A DNA stretch of 64,000 nucleotides from Candidatus Omnitrophota bacterium (GTDB taxonomy: Bacteria > Omnitrophota > Gorgyraeia > Zapsychrales > Fredricksoniimonadaceae). The position numbers and the translations under genes were made by a program. How positions within the stretch are numbered: the stretch's first letter is position 1; the number at the start of each line of letters is the position of its first letter. Location: assembly GCA_016201795.1 (NCBI GenBank), contig JACQCF010000024.1:2115-66114 (forward strand). Reading direction: 5' to 3'. This document shows positions 8,853 to 19,200 of the stretch, piece by piece. The notes below the pieces were generated by a model, which was not told where the DNA came from, ran no database searches, and worked only from the letters and a program-made list of their open reading frames with translations.

Positions 8853-10577
8853 ATGATGGTATCTTTCGCAGAACGCCTCAAACGTCTTTTAGCCAATGAC
8901 TTCTTTGCCGCTTTTCTGTTTTTAATTGCCTACCTGTGTACCCATAGTTACATTTACGGTTGGGACGATCAGCACCTGGAAGTGCCACTTCTAAAACACC
9001 TCATTGATCCTTCCCTTTATAAAGGGGATTATTACGTTGAGAGTTTGGCCAGGCATTTTTCCTCTTATCTTTATCCTGTTTTAGCTAAATTTATAACCGT
9101 TGCGCAGGTTCCGGCCGCTTATTTTATTTTGTTTTTAACAGCGCGTTTCTTCATATTTTTTTGGTTGTATAAACTCTGGCAGCTGATTTCCAAAGATAAA
9201 TTTACCTCTGCCTGCGCCATTTTGATGTTTATGGTGCTGGGCCGTACCGAGGAGTTTCTTTACCGTACCTTTTCGCATCAAATCGCGGGGGAGTGCCTGA
9301 TGTTTGCCGGAATTTATTTTTTTTATAAAGAACGCTTCATGCTGGCGGCGCTTATTTTCGGTTTGGGGGCCAATATCCACGGTCTTTACAATTTGTTTCC
9401 CATGCTTTATATGCTGGTCTTTTTGTTGTTTTTTCATCCCCGGCGATGGAGTATGGTTTTAAAGACGGGATTGATTTTTATTATTTCTTGTTTACCGTTC
9501 TTACTCTGGCAGATCCCGAACTCTTGGCATGATAAGTTAATCGGTGCGCCGGTGCCGGTCAGTGAATGGCTTGCGTTGTATCGGAAACAGTGTCCAGAGA
9601 ATTTCTTATTTTGGAACATACCTTGGCCTGAAGCTCTGGGCCATCCGTCTTTCATACTCCAGAGATTGGAGCCCTATCTTTTTTTAATCATGGTGTATGT
9701 TTTTCTTTTAGTTGTTTATCCCCCTTTTCGAGGGGATCGAAAGACTCATGTCGTGGTGATGACAGCATATGCACTCATTGTTATTTCCTGTGTTTTTACC
9801 TATTTGATTCCCAGCCGTTTTGTTTTGGATTTGTGTTTGTTGCGCAATCAACAATTTGTCCGTCTTCTTCTAATGGGCTATGCAACCATTTGGGCTGTCC
9901 AGACGGTTAAGCAAGCCAATCCCCGGCGGGCTTTTGCGGGGGCTTTGTTATTTCTTTTGATAGGATTCGCGGGGTGGAGTTTCTTTGTTATTAAGCTTCA
10001 GAACAACGGGTGGGTCATTATGGCCATGGCGGTGGTGTTCGGTTTTTTAAGTTTGAGACGATGGCCAAGGCTGGAGCTTTATTTACGACGGGCTTTGATT
10101 ATCATTCCTCTTCTTGGCGCCTTTATCTCATTTTGTAAATTTCATTACGATTATCTTCAGGTCAAAAATCATGGGACTGGTTTCTGGCAATTGCAGCGCA
10201 ATTGGGAAGATATGCAGCGCTATGTGCGCGAGCATACCCCCAAGGATGCGATGATTTTAGCTCCGATTAATATGGACATGGGGGGCTTTCGGATTCATAG
10301 CGAACGCAAAGTCGTCGTCTGTATTCGTGATTGCGGGGTTGGCGGTTTTGATTACGGGGCTCTTGTGGAGTGGGATCAACGTATGCGGGACATGAAAGAT
10401 TTTGTCGTTATAACTAATCATTCGGTGGTTCCGGCGGTATTGACGGCGATCCTCAAATATAAGGTGGATTATATTGTGTTTATGAAGTATTATGAGCCTC
10501 CAGGAAATATTTCGGTTTTAAAGAAAATGTACGCCAATGAAGCTTTTTCTTTATTTAAGGTAATGGTGCACCCATGA
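8853..10577 (+). CDS. polytopic membrane protein (GT-C-like / DUF6798-like)
   Basis: DDQHLE and DPSLYKGDY N-terminal loop, many TM segments, C-terminal TPKDA...KYKVDYIV domain. Confidence 0.6.
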   Translation: MMVSFAERLKRLLANDFFAAFLFLIAYLCTHSYIYGWDDQHLEVPLLKHLIDPSLYKGDYYVESLARHFSSYLYPVLAKFITVAQVPAAYFILFLTARFFIFFWLYKLWQLISKDKFTSACAILMFMVLGRTEEFLYRTFSHQIAGECLMFAGIYFFYKERFMLAALIFGLGANIHGLYNLFPMLYMLVFLLFFHPRRWSMVLKTGLIFIISCLPFLLWQIPNSWHDKLIGAPVPVSEWLALYRKQCPENFLFWNIPWPEALGHPSFILQRLEPYLFLIMVYVFLLVVYPPFRGDRKTHVVVMTAYALIVISCVFTYLIPSRFVLDLCLLRNQQFVRLLLMGYATIWAVQTVKQANPRRAFAGALLFLLIGFAGWSFFVIKLQNNGWVIMAMAVVFGFLSLRRWPRLELYLRRALIIIPLLGAFISFCKFHYDYLQVKNHGTGFWQLQRNWEDMQRYVREHTPKDAMILAPINMDMGGFRIHSERKVVVCIRDCGVGGFDYGALVEWDQRMRDMKDFVVITNHSVVPAVLTAILKYKVDYIVFMKYYEPPGNISVLKKMYANEAFSLFKVMVHP

Positions 10578-11575
10578 TCAAAATTAAAACCATTTCTATT
10601 ATCGGCGACGGCGGCTGGGGAACAACGCTGGCTATTCATTTGGCCAAGAAAAAGTATCCTGTCCTTCTCTGGGGAGCTTTCCCTGATTATATAGCCCAGG
10701 TGGCCAAAGCCCACGAGAATAAAAAATTCCTCCCTGGTTATCGTATTCCCTTATCCGTCGCCTTAACCGCTGATATTCATCGCGCTCTTCAAGGGGGGGA
10801 TTTGATTGTTTTAGCCTGTCCGTCACAATATTTAATGAACGTGCTTGGTAAGATCAAAACCACCCCCTATCAAGGCAAAGTTTTTCTAAGTGTGATTAAA
10901 GGTATTCATCCGGTTTCCTTCAAGCGCATGTCGCAGATTATTAGAGAAGAGTTAGGTGCTGTTGATTTGGCGGTGCTATCCGGACCTACGATTGCCGGGG
11001 AGGTGGCGGCAGGACTGGCCACCACCGCGGTCGTAGCCTGCCTTCAGAGCTCTTTGGCTGGCCAAATTCAAAAAATTTTTCACACCTCGTCTTTTCGTAT
11101 TTACACCAACAATGATGTTATCGGTACAGAAATCGGCGGCAGCATCAAAAATGTGATTGCCATTGCCTGCGGTGTTTGCGACGGATTAGGATTAGGGAGC
11201 AATGCCAAGGCGGCTTTATTAACCCGAGGTTTGGCGGAAATCACACGGTTAGGCATAGCCTTAGGCGGTAAGAAAGAAACTTTTTATGGATTGACCGGAT
11301 TGGGGGATTTGGTGACCACCTGCATCAGCCCTCAAAGCCGTAACCGCAGCGTGGGGGAGGCTTTAGGCAAGGGGCGTAAAATTAAAAGTATTTTGGGTCC
11401 TATGTCAATGGTCGCTGAAGGAATAGTCACTTCCAAGGCGGTTTATCGTCTAAGTCGCAAAATGCGTATTCCCATGCCTATTGGGGAACAGGTCTATAAG
11501 ATTATTTTTGAAGGCAAGAATCCCCGTAAAGCCATGGCGGATTTAATGACCCGCCAGCCCCGTACAGAGGCCTGA
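10574..11575 (+). CDS. gpsA: NAD(P)H-dependent glycerol-3-phosphate dehydrogenase
   Basis: GDGGWGT, LSGPT, KNVIAIACG, GLGDLVTTC, SRNR. Confidence 0.95.
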   Translation: MIKIKTISIIGDGGWGTTLAIHLAKKKYPVLLWGAFPDYIAQVAKAHENKKFLPGYRIPLSVALTADIHRALQGGDLIVLACPSQYLMNVLGKIKTTPYQGKVFLSVIKGIHPVSFKRMSQIIREELGAVDLAVLSGPTIAGEVAAGLATTAVVACLQSSLAGQIQKIFHTSSFRIYTNNDVIGTEIGGSIKNVIAIACGVCDGLGLGSNAKAALLTRGLAEITRLGIALGGKKETFYGLTGLGDLVTTCISPQSRNRSVGEALGKGRKIKSILGPMSMVAEGIVTSKAVYRLSRKMRIPMPIGEQVYKIIFEGKNPRKAMADLMTRQPRTEA

Positions 11576-11595
11576 GGCCTTCTACCCGAAAAAAT

Positions 11596-11623
11596 TTGAC
11601 AATTGCTCGAAAAATGTTATATT
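11596..11623 (+). promoter_or_regulatory. sigma70-type promoter of rplM-rpsI
   Basis: TTGACA followed by TG-T-TATATT. Confidence 0.6.
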
Positions 11624-11691
11624 TTAACACCTGCTTGTCGGCAGACAGGGTAGGCAGGTTCTTTAAAAATGCTTAAGTAAGGCAGTTAGCG

Positions 11692-12120
11692 ATGAAAACG
11701 TATTTACCTAAAGTTAATGAAATCCAACAGAAGTGTTATCTTATCGATGCCAAAGATAAGATTTTAGGCCGCGTGGCAGCTCGTGCTGCTTCTATTTTGC
11801 GTGGCAAGCATAAACGTATTTATACGCCGTTTTTTGATTGTGGCGATACGGTGGTGATCATCAATGCTGATAAGGTGCGTGTGACCGGCAAAAAGTTAAC
11901 CGATAAAATTTATAGCCGCTATACGGGTTATCCAGGTGGCCGCAGGCAAGTGACTTTAGGCAATATGCTGGCCAAACGTCCGGCTGCGGTATTGGAGTTG
12001 GCGGTTAGCCGTATGATTCCCAGCGGCCCGTTAGGTTATAAACAAAAAGGAAAATTAAGGGTTTACGCGGGCGATAAACATCCGCACGCCGCCCAGAAGC
12101 CAATAGTATTGGAAATCTAG
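11692..12120 (+). CDS. rplM: 50S ribosomal protein L13
   Basis: LGRVA, LRGKHK, YTP..DCGD, HPHAAQKP. Confidence 0.98.
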   Translation: MKTYLPKVNEIQQKCYLIDAKDKILGRVAARAASILRGKHKRIYTPFFDCGDTVVIINADKVRVTGKKLTDKIYSRYTGYPGGRRQVTLGNMLAKRPAAVLELAVSRMIPSGPLGYKQKGKLRVYAGDKHPHAAQKPIVLEI

Positions 12121-12121
12121 C

Positions 12122-12149
12122 GTAGGGGCTTGATTAATCAAGCCCGTAC
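12122..12149. repeat. GTAG-type REP-like palindrome
   Basis: GTAGGGGCTTGATTAATCAAGCCCGTAC, near-perfect palindrome between rplM and rpsI. Confidence 0.6.
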
Positions 12150-12169
12150 AACTAAGGAGAAATATTCAA

Positions 12170-12565
12170 ATGGTTGAGGTCGTCAAGTACGCAGGTACAG
12201 GTCGTCGTAAAAGTTCCGTGGCCCGGGTGGTGTTAACCCCGGGAGAGGGGAGTATTTTTGTCAATCAGCGTGATTTCGCGAATTATTTTCCTCGGGAAAC
12301 GGACCGGCTTTCCATTTTAACTCCTTTAAAATTAGTGAATTTAGAAAAGAAATTTGATATTGCTGTTCGTGTAACCGGCGGCGGATCCACCGGTCAGGCG
12401 GGGGCTTTTAAATTGGGTCTTTCACGGGCGCTGCTCTCCTGCGATCCTCAGACAAGAGCTGTGCTGAAAAAAGCCGGCTGCTTAACTAGAGACAGCAGAA
12501 TGAAAGAAAGAAAGAAGCCGGGTCAGAAGGGAGCGCGCCGTAAGTTTCAATGGGTTAAACGTTAA
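12170..12565 (+). CDS. rpsI: 30S ribosomal protein S9
   Basis: GTGRRKSSVARV, GGGSTGQAGA, KERKKPG, C-terminal KR. Confidence 0.98.
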   Translation: MVEVVKYAGTGRRKSSVARVVLTPGEGSIFVNQRDFANYFPRETDRLSILTPLKLVNLEKKFDIAVRVTGGGSTGQAGAFKLGLSRALLSCDPQTRAVLKKAGCLTRDSRMKERKKPGQKGARRKFQWVKR

Positions 12566-12653
12566 TGAGGCCACAACTTATGGAACATAAGTTGTAAGGC
12601 CGAATTAATCCCGACCGAAGCGTCAGGATCCAAATAAACATAAATATAATTAC

Positions 12654-12697
12654 AGCCTATCTCCCTTCACAAATGCGTTGACGAGATAGGCTTTTTT
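12654..12697 (+). terminator. probable intrinsic terminator after rpsI
   Basis: AGCCTATCTC...GAGATAGGCT stem followed by a T run. Confidence 0.65.
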
Positions 12698-12733
12698 ATT
12701 TATAGTACTTACTTCCGACGGAGAATATATTAT

Positions 12734-13765
12734 ATGAAAACAGATATGATGCGATGCGCCATTGTTGGCTTAAGTGGTTATACGGGAAAAGAAGTTTTTT
12801 CTCTTTTGCTTAATCATCCTCAGGTGCGGGTAAGTTATGTGGCAGCCCAAAACACCACGGGGCCGGTCTCTGGGATTTGGCCGGAGTTTCTCAACCGTAC
12901 AAGCCTCGTTTGCCAAAAATTTAGCGTCAAAGAAACAGTTAAACACTCTGACATTGTCTTTTTAGCCTTGCCCCATACCGAATCCATGAAGATCGCGGGG
13001 GCTTTGCTCAAAAACGGCCTTAAGGTGATTGATTTAAGCGCGGATTACCGGCTTAAAAACACCCAGACCTATGAGAGTTGGTACGGCCATAAACATGTGG
13101 ATGCTAAAAATATTCATAAGGCGGTTTATGGTTTACCAGAGCTTTATCGGCAAAAGATTAAGAAGGCTGGTTTTATTGCCAATCCTGGCTGCTATCCAAC
13201 GGCCGCGATTTTGGGGCTGGCGCCTCTGGTGGCCACACGTTCAAAGTCCATTGCCTCTATTATTGTAGATGCCAAGTCGGGGGTTTCCGGGGCAGGGCGA
13301 AAAGCGTCGGTGAACCTTCTTTTTAGCGAGGTAGCTGACAATTTCATGGCCTACAAGGTTTTAAGCCATCAGCATACGCCTGAAATTGACCAATGCCTTT
13401 CGCAATTGGCCGGCCATGGTGTATCGGTACATTTTGTGGCGCATTTGTTGCCGATGGATCGGGGTATTTTAGAGACCATGTATGTGCAGCTTAAAGGTCC
13501 GCTCACGCTTAAGCAAGTGCACACACTGTATACGAAATTTTATAAAATTGAACCCTTTGTGCGCGTGCATCCGATGGGGGCGCAGCCGGAAGTTAAGAAT
13601 GTGGCTCACACCAATTTTTGCGATATTGGTTTAGCCCTCAGCAACGATCAGAAGATGGTGGTTATTACCAGCGTCCTTGATAATTTGGTTAAAGGGGCGG
13701 CAGGACAGGCGATACAGAATATGAACATCATGTGCGGATTTCATGAGATTGAGGGCTTGTTATGA
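12734..13765 (+). CDS. argC: N-acetyl-gamma-glutamyl-phosphate reductase
   Basis: SGYTG, DLSADYRL, ANPGCYPT, DNLVKGAAGQA. Confidence 0.96.
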   Translation: MKTDMMRCAIVGLSGYTGKEVFSLLLNHPQVRVSYVAAQNTTGPVSGIWPEFLNRTSLVCQKFSVKETVKHSDIVFLALPHTESMKIAGALLKNGLKVIDLSADYRLKNTQTYESWYGHKHVDAKNIHKAVYGLPELYRQKIKKAGFIANPGCYPTAAILGLAPLVATRSKSIASIIVDAKSGVSGAGRKASVNLLFSEVADNFMAYKVLSHQHTPEIDQCLSQLAGHGVSVHFVAHLLPMDRGILETMYVQLKGPLTLKQVHTLYTKFYKIEPFVRVHPMGAQPEVKNVAHTNFCDIGLALSNDQKMVVITSVLDNLVKGAAGQAIQNMNIMCGFHEIEGLL

Positions 13766-14904
13766 AGGTGATTAAAGGAGGGGTCACAACGCCTCAAGGG
13801 TTTAAGGCCAACGGCCTATCCGCAGGAATTAAACGTTCCGGTAAACCTGATTTAGGGTTGATTTTTTCACCAGTCCCTGCTGTCACTGCCGGTGTTTTTA
13901 CGAAAAATTCCATTAAAGCCGCGCCGCTCATTGTCAGCATGAAGCATATCCAAAAAGGTATTGGCCAGGCGGTGCTGGTCAATAGCGGTAATGCCAACTG
14001 CTATACCGGTGAATTTGGTTTGAAATATGCGCAAGGATCAACGCAGTTGGTTGCCAAGTTTTTAAATATTAAGCCGACGGATGTCATGGTGACCTCAACG
14101 GGTATTATCGGCAAACAATTACCATACAATAAAATTGTTCACGCAGTACCGAATTTAGTGAAGGGTTTATCAGCCAAGGGCGGCGGAAAATTCGCGCGGG
14201 CGATTATGACGACGGATTTAAAACTTAAAGAAATAGCGGTTCGTTTCATCTTAGGGGGCAAGACAGTGACTATCGGTGCCTGTGCCAAAGGCTCGGGCAT
14301 GATTGAGCCAAATATGGCCACCATGCTTGCCTTTATCACCACCGACGCGGCGATTTCTTTGAAAATGTTAAAGCTGGCCTTAAAGCGCGCCACAGATCAG
14401 TCGTTTAATAGTATTACCGTTGACGGCTGTATGAGCACCAATGATATGGTTACTATTCAGGCCAATGCTTTAGCCGGTCATAAGAAGATTGTTCACAGCG
14501 GTGCGGATTTTGGGAAGTTTTATAAGGCTTTGGAGTTGGTGTGCGTTGATCTGGCCAAGAAGATTGTGCTCGACGGAGAAGGGGCCACCAAGTTTATCAC
14601 CATCAATGTTTCAGGCGCTGCCAGTCAGACTCAGGCGAAGAAAATCGCTAAGACCATTGCCAACTCGGCGTTAGTGAAAACTGCGGCATTCGGCAGCAAC
14701 CCCAATTGGGGGCGGGTGGGTGCGGCGGTCGGTTCTTTGGGAATTCATAAGATCACCGAGAAGGATATGAAGATTTCTTTCAGCTCTTTCGATAAGAAAG
14801 ATATTGCGATTAACGTTGAACTTAATTTGGGCAAGGCTAAAGCAACGGTTTATACTTGTGATCTTTCATATGAATACGTAAAAATTAATGGAGAATATAA
14901 TTAA
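13762..14904 (+). CDS. argJ: ornithine acetyltransferase ArgJ
   Basis: NSGNAN, IMTTD, KGSGMIEPNMATML, DGEGATK. Confidence 0.96.
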   Translation: MKVIKGGVTTPQGFKANGLSAGIKRSGKPDLGLIFSPVPAVTAGVFTKNSIKAAPLIVSMKHIQKGIGQAVLVNSGNANCYTGEFGLKYAQGSTQLVAKFLNIKPTDVMVTSTGIIGKQLPYNKIVHAVPNLVKGLSAKGGGKFARAIMTTDLKLKEIAVRFILGGKTVTIGACAKGSGMIEPNMATMLAFITTDAAISLKMLKLALKRATDQSFNSITVDGCMSTNDMVTIQANALAGHKKIVHSGADFGKFYKALELVCVDLAKKIVLDGEGATKFITINVSGAASQTQAKKIAKTIANSALVKTAAFGSNPNWGRVGAAVGSLGIHKITEKDMKISFSSFDKKDIAINVELNLGKAKATVYTCDLSYEYVKINGEYN

Positions 14905-15758
14905 TGGATCAGATTATTAAAAAAGCGTCAGTGCTGATTGAGGCGATTCCGTACATTCACGCGTTTCGTCGCAAGATTTTTGTCATCAAATACGGCGGCA
15001 GCATTTTGGATGATCCCAAAATTCGCCACAATGTTTTGCAGGACATTGTGTTTTTAAGTTATGTGGGTATTCGCATCATTATTGTCCACGGTGGCGGCCC
15101 GCATATTTCCGCGCGTATGAAAGAACAGGGTTTAAAGTCGGAATTCGTCAACGGCATCCGTGTCACCGACAAAGCCACTTTACAAATTGTGGGAGAAGAA
15201 TTAGAAAAACTCAATGCGCAGATTGTGAAGGAAATCAAAGCCTTCAAAGGTGATGTCACCGGTCTTAAGGGTCAGGAGAATATTATTTTTGTTAAGAAAA
15301 AGAAAGCGGAGAAAGATTTAGGGTTTGTGGGCACCATTACCTCCGTCAATAAAGAGCATTTGGAATCGCATTTAGCCCAAGGGTGTATTACGGTGGTCTC
15401 GCCGATGGGTATGGCGGTTGAGAAGCAGCCGCATAATGTCAATGCGGATGAAGTAGCCGCTGCCATTGCCAATTCCATGAAAGCGGAGAAACTGGTGCTT
15501 TTAACTGATGTGCCAGGGGTCATGCGTGATTTGAAAGACATGAGTACATTGTTTTCAACCTTAACGTTGGCTGAGGTGGATGAGCTGATTAAAAGCGGGC
15601 TGATTGTCGGTGGCATGATTCCTAAAGTGACTTCCTGTGTGGAAGCGTTGCAAGGCGGCGGAGTGCATAAGACCCACATCGTCGATGCCCGTATGCCGCA
15701 TGCGTTATTATTGGAGTTCTTTACCGATCAAGGGGTGGGAACACAAATAATAAAATAA
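14904..15758 (+). CDS. argB: acetylglutamate kinase
   Basis: IKYGGS, VHGGGP, NVNAD, GGMIPK. Confidence 0.96.
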   Translation: MDQIIKKASVLIEAIPYIHAFRRKIFVIKYGGSILDDPKIRHNVLQDIVFLSYVGIRIIIVHGGGPHISARMKEQGLKSEFVNGIRVTDKATLQIVGEELEKLNAQIVKEIKAFKGDVTGLKGQENIIFVKKKKAEKDLGFVGTITSVNKEHLESHLAQGCITVVSPMGMAVEKQPHNVNADEVAAAIANSMKAEKLVLLTDVPGVMRDLKDMSTLFSTLTLAEVDELIKSGLIVGGMIPKVTSCVEALQGGGVHKTHIVDARMPHALLLEFFTDQGVGTQIIK

Positions 15759-15761
15759 AGG

Positions 15762-15835
15762 GTGTCTTTGCGAGGAGCGAAGCGACGAAGCAATCCTTTA
15801 AAAGATTGCTTCGCAAAAAACGCTCGCAATGACAC
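15762..15835. repeat. palindromic REP-like element (GTCATTGCGAG/GAAGCAATC family), copy 1
   Basis: GTGTC..TGCGAG...GAAGCAATC/GATTGCTTC...CTCGCAATGACAC; related copy at 26064-26133. Confidence 0.8.
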
Positions 15836-15841
15836 AAACAT

Positions 15842-17047
15842 ATGACACAAGAAGAAATTTTTGACACATATAACGACGGCATTTTAAATACCTACGCCCG
15901 TCTACCGGCGATCTTCGTCAAAGGTAAGGGGTCTGTGTTGACGGATATCCATGGTAAAAAATATTTGGACTTTTTCCCCGGCTGGGGGGTGAGCAATTTA
16001 GGCCATTGTCATCCTAAGGTCATGGGCGCGGTACGGGATCAGATTGGTAAATTGATCCATATACCTAATAATTTGTATCACCCCTTTCAGGCAAAGTTAG
16101 CTAAGGCATTGATGAGGATTTCTTTTGGTGGCAAGATTTTCTTTTGCAACAGCGGGGCTGAGGCTATTGAAGCGGCGATTAAATTCACTCGCGCCTACGG
16201 GCAAGGTCAAAAATTTGAGATTATTACGACGATCAATTCTTTCCATGGACGGACTTCGGGGGCTTTGGCGGCCACCGGCCAAGCGAAACATCAAAAAGGT
16301 TTTGCTCCGTTTCTACCAGGATTTAAGACGGTAGCTTTTAATGATATGGGGGCTCTGAAGGCGGCCATGACCGACAAAACCGTGGCCATTATGCTCGAGC
16401 TTGTGCAGGGCGAGGGTGGCATTAACGTGGCCTCAAAAGAATATGTACAGACCATCCGCCAGATTTGCGATGAGAAGAAAATTCTTTTAATCCTTGATGA
16501 AGTCCAGACCGGCATGGCGCGCACCGGCGAAATTTTTGGCTACAAGCATTACGGCATTACGCCGGATGTCATGTGTTTGGCTAAAGCTTTAGGTGGCGGC
16601 TTGCCTATCGGCGCTATGATCGTCAAAAAAGAATTGGCCGATGTATTTAAGCCCGGCATGCACGGTTCAACGTTTGCGGGCAGCCCTTTGGTTTGCAAAG
16701 CGGCGTTAGGTGTTATTAAAGCCATTTACGCCGAGAAGATTTTGGCCAATGTCAAGAAAATGGGGCCGTATTTGGTGGGTAAACTCGAGGATCTGAAAGC
16801 CAAATATCCCATCATCAAAGAAGTACGGGGGCTTGGGCTGATGATTGGCGTTGAGTTGACTATTAATGGGGAGGATATATTCAAGGAGTGTTTTAATCGC
16901 GGCTTAATTATCAACTGCACGCAGGATAATGTGCTTCGGATTATGCCGGCCTTAAACGTCACCCGTCGACAAATTAATAAGGCCATTTATATTTTGGATG
17001 AAGCCATGGCTGCCGTGGTAGGACAAGAAAATAAGGTAAGTGTATGA
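15842..17047 (+). CDS. argD: acetylornithine aminotransferase
   Basis: NSGAEA, FHGRT, DEVQTG, AKALGGG; arg operon context. Confidence 0.93.
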   Translation: MTQEEIFDTYNDGILNTYARLPAIFVKGKGSVLTDIHGKKYLDFFPGWGVSNLGHCHPKVMGAVRDQIGKLIHIPNNLYHPFQAKLAKALMRISFGGKIFFCNSGAEAIEAAIKFTRAYGQGQKFEIITTINSFHGRTSGALAATGQAKHQKGFAPFLPGFKTVAFNDMGALKAAMTDKTVAIMLELVQGEGGINVASKEYVQTIRQICDEKKILLILDEVQTGMARTGEIFGYKHYGITPDVMCLAKALGGGLPIGAMIVKKELADVFKPGMHGSTFAGSPLVCKAALGVIKAIYAEKILANVKKMGPYLVGKLEDLKAKYPIIKEVRGLGLMIGVELTINGEDIFKECFNRGLIINCTQDNVLRIMPALNVTRRQINKAIYILDEAMAAVVGQENKVSV

Positions 17048-17967
17048 AACGCGATTTAATTACCCTGTTGGATTATTCAAGCGTTGAAGTCTTAAGCCTG
17101 ATTGATTCGGCAGATAAACTTAAAAAACAAAAAGATAAACTGCGTACGGATTTAAAAGGCAAGAGCGTGGCGTTGGTTTTTCAAAAGCCTTCGAACCGCA
17201 CCCGCGTGTCTTTTGAAGTCGGTATTCATCAACTGGGAGGCCATTGCCTTTACTTGGGTCCGGATGAAATTAATTTAGGCAAACGGGAAAGCACGCACGA
17301 TGTAGCTAAAACTTTGTCCCGTTATGTGCAGTGCATCGTAGCCCGGGTGTTTGACAATAAAGATATTGTCGAGTTAGCCCGGCATGCGGATGTGCCGGTG
17401 ATTAATGCTCTTTGTGATTTGTATCACCCTTGCCAGGCGCTGGCGGATATTCAAACTATTCGCGAGCAGTTTGGCAAGTTTAAGGGCTTGACTTTGGCGT
17501 ATGTGGGCGACGGCAACAATGTATTTCATTCGCTGATGGTTGCCTGCGTCAAGGTGGGGATTAACGTACGTTTTGCCGGGCCTCAAGGGTATGACCCTAA
17601 TCCTGTGATTGTCAAACGTGCGCAAGAAGTGGCAAAAGCTAATCAATGTGTGATTGAGCCGGGGCGGGATTCCAAGGAAGCGGTGAAGGGCGCGCATGTG
17701 ATTTATTCCGACGTGTGGGTGAGTATGGGCCAGGAAAAAGAAACAGCTAAGCGTATTAAAGACTTTGAGGGTTATCAAATCAACGGTGATTTAGTAAAGC
17801 TTGCGCATAAGGATTATATTTTTATGCATTGTTTGCCCGCGCATCGAGATTTGGAAGTCACGGCGGATGTCATCGACGGTAAACATTCGGTGATTTTTGA
17901 CCAGGCGGAAAATCGTCTGCACGTACAGAAGTCAGTGTTGTTATATTTATTGAAAGGCCGTTCCTGA
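17044..17967 (+). CDS. argF: ornithine carbamoyltransferase
   Basis: SNRTRVSFE, HPCQ, SMGQE, HCLP. Confidence 0.96.
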   Translation: MKRDLITLLDYSSVEVLSLIDSADKLKKQKDKLRTDLKGKSVALVFQKPSNRTRVSFEVGIHQLGGHCLYLGPDEINLGKRESTHDVAKTLSRYVQCIVARVFDNKDIVELARHADVPVINALCDLYHPCQALADIQTIREQFGKFKGLTLAYVGDGNNVFHSLMVACVKVGINVRFAGPQGYDPNPVIVKRAQEVAKANQCVIEPGRDSKEAVKGAHVIYSDVWVSMGQEKETAKRIKDFEGYQINGDLVKLAHKDYIFMHCLPAHRDLEVTADVIDGKHSVIFDQAENRLHVQKSVLLYLLKGRS

Positions 17968-18027
17968 TGGGACGAGCCTCGTTATTCCTTCTTAAAGGGA
18001 ATAAGGAAAAATGACGGGAAAGGCAAA

Positions 18028-19191
18028 ATGAAAAAGGTGGTTCTGGCGTATTCAGGCGGTTTGGACACATCATGCCTTATTCGATGGTTAAAGAATAAGG
18101 GCTATGAGGTCATTGCGTTCATGGCGGATGTGGGTCAGGGCAGCGATTTTAAATCCATCGAAAAACGTGCTTTAGCCACTGGTGCGTCCAAAGTTTATAT
18201 TTTGGATTTGAAGCAAGAGTTCGTCAGAAATTACGTGTTCCCGGCGATTAAAGCCAATGCGGTGTATGAAGGCAAATATTTTTTGGCGACCGCCTTGTCA
18301 CGTCCGTTGATTGCCAAGCATCAAGTAGCAGTGGCTAAAAAAGAAAAGGCAACGGCGATAGCCCATGGCAGCACGGGTAAGGGTAATGACCAGGTACGTT
18401 TTGAAGTGACGGCCAAAATTTTGGCGCCTCATCTGGAATTGTTAGCGCCTTTGCGCACATGGGAATTAAAAACACGCGGGCAAGAAATCGAATACGCGCA
18501 CAAGCACAAGATTCCCATTGATGTCAGCAAAAAGAGCCCGTATTCGACGGACACTAACCTTTATGGCCGTTCCATTGAATGCGGTTGTTTGGAAAATCCT
18601 TGGGTTGAGCCGCCGGAAGAAATTTATGCGATGACCAAAAATCCGCTCAAGTGTCCGAATAAACCGGAATACGTCGAGGTAGAATTTGCCAAAGGCGTGC
18701 CGGTGAAAGTCAATGGCAAGGCCTATAAGCCGGTGGATTTAGTTATTAAATTGAATGAAATCGGCGGGCGCAATGGGATCGGGCGTGTCGACATGGTGGA
18801 AAACCGTCTGGTCGGGATCAAGTCCCGGGAGATTTATGAAAATCCCGCAGGCACAATTTTGATGACGGCCCATAAGGAATTAGAAGCCATGGTCTTGGAT
18901 CGTGAGACATTGCATTACAAAGAGTTAATTTCTCCGCGCTATGCGGAATTGACCTATTACGGATTATGGGAAACACCGCTCAAACAGCAGTTGGATGCGT
19001 TTATCAATAAGACGCAAGAGCATGTCAGCGGTGTGGTGCGTTTGAAATTATATAAGGGAAGCTGTCATGTGGTCGGCCGCAAATCGCCGTATTCCCGTTA
19101 CAAGGAAGAGTTGGCGACCTACGGTGACAAAGACATCTTTGATCCGAAATTATCCGAAGGCTTTATTCGGATTTGGGGAATGCCGTATTAA
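18028..19191 (+). CDS. argG: argininosuccinate synthase
   Basis: LAYSGGLDTS, GKGNDQVRFE, GIKSREIYE. Confidence 0.98.
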   Translation: MKKVVLAYSGGLDTSCLIRWLKNKGYEVIAFMADVGQGSDFKSIEKRALATGASKVYILDLKQEFVRNYVFPAIKANAVYEGKYFLATALSRPLIAKHQVAVAKKEKATAIAHGSTGKGNDQVRFEVTAKILAPHLELLAPLRTWELKTRGQEIEYAHKHKIPIDVSKKSPYSTDTNLYGRSIECGCLENPWVEPPEEIYAMTKNPLKCPNKPEYVEVEFAKGVPVKVNGKAYKPVDLVIKLNEIGGRNGIGRVDMVENRLVGIKSREIYENPAGTILMTAHKELEAMVLDRETLHYKELISPRYAELTYYGLWETPLKQQLDAFINKTQEHVSGVVRLKLYKGSCHVVGRKSPYSRYKEELATYGDKDIFDPKLSEGFIRIWGMPY

Positions 19192-19200
19192 GGAGAAGCT

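Noticed and set aside
12560-12632. Hammerhead-like layout TAATGA-GGCC-hairpin-GGCC-GAAT after rpsI
   Set aside because: Core differs from CUGANGA/GAAA and I could not find stems I and III; treated as a REP-like palindrome
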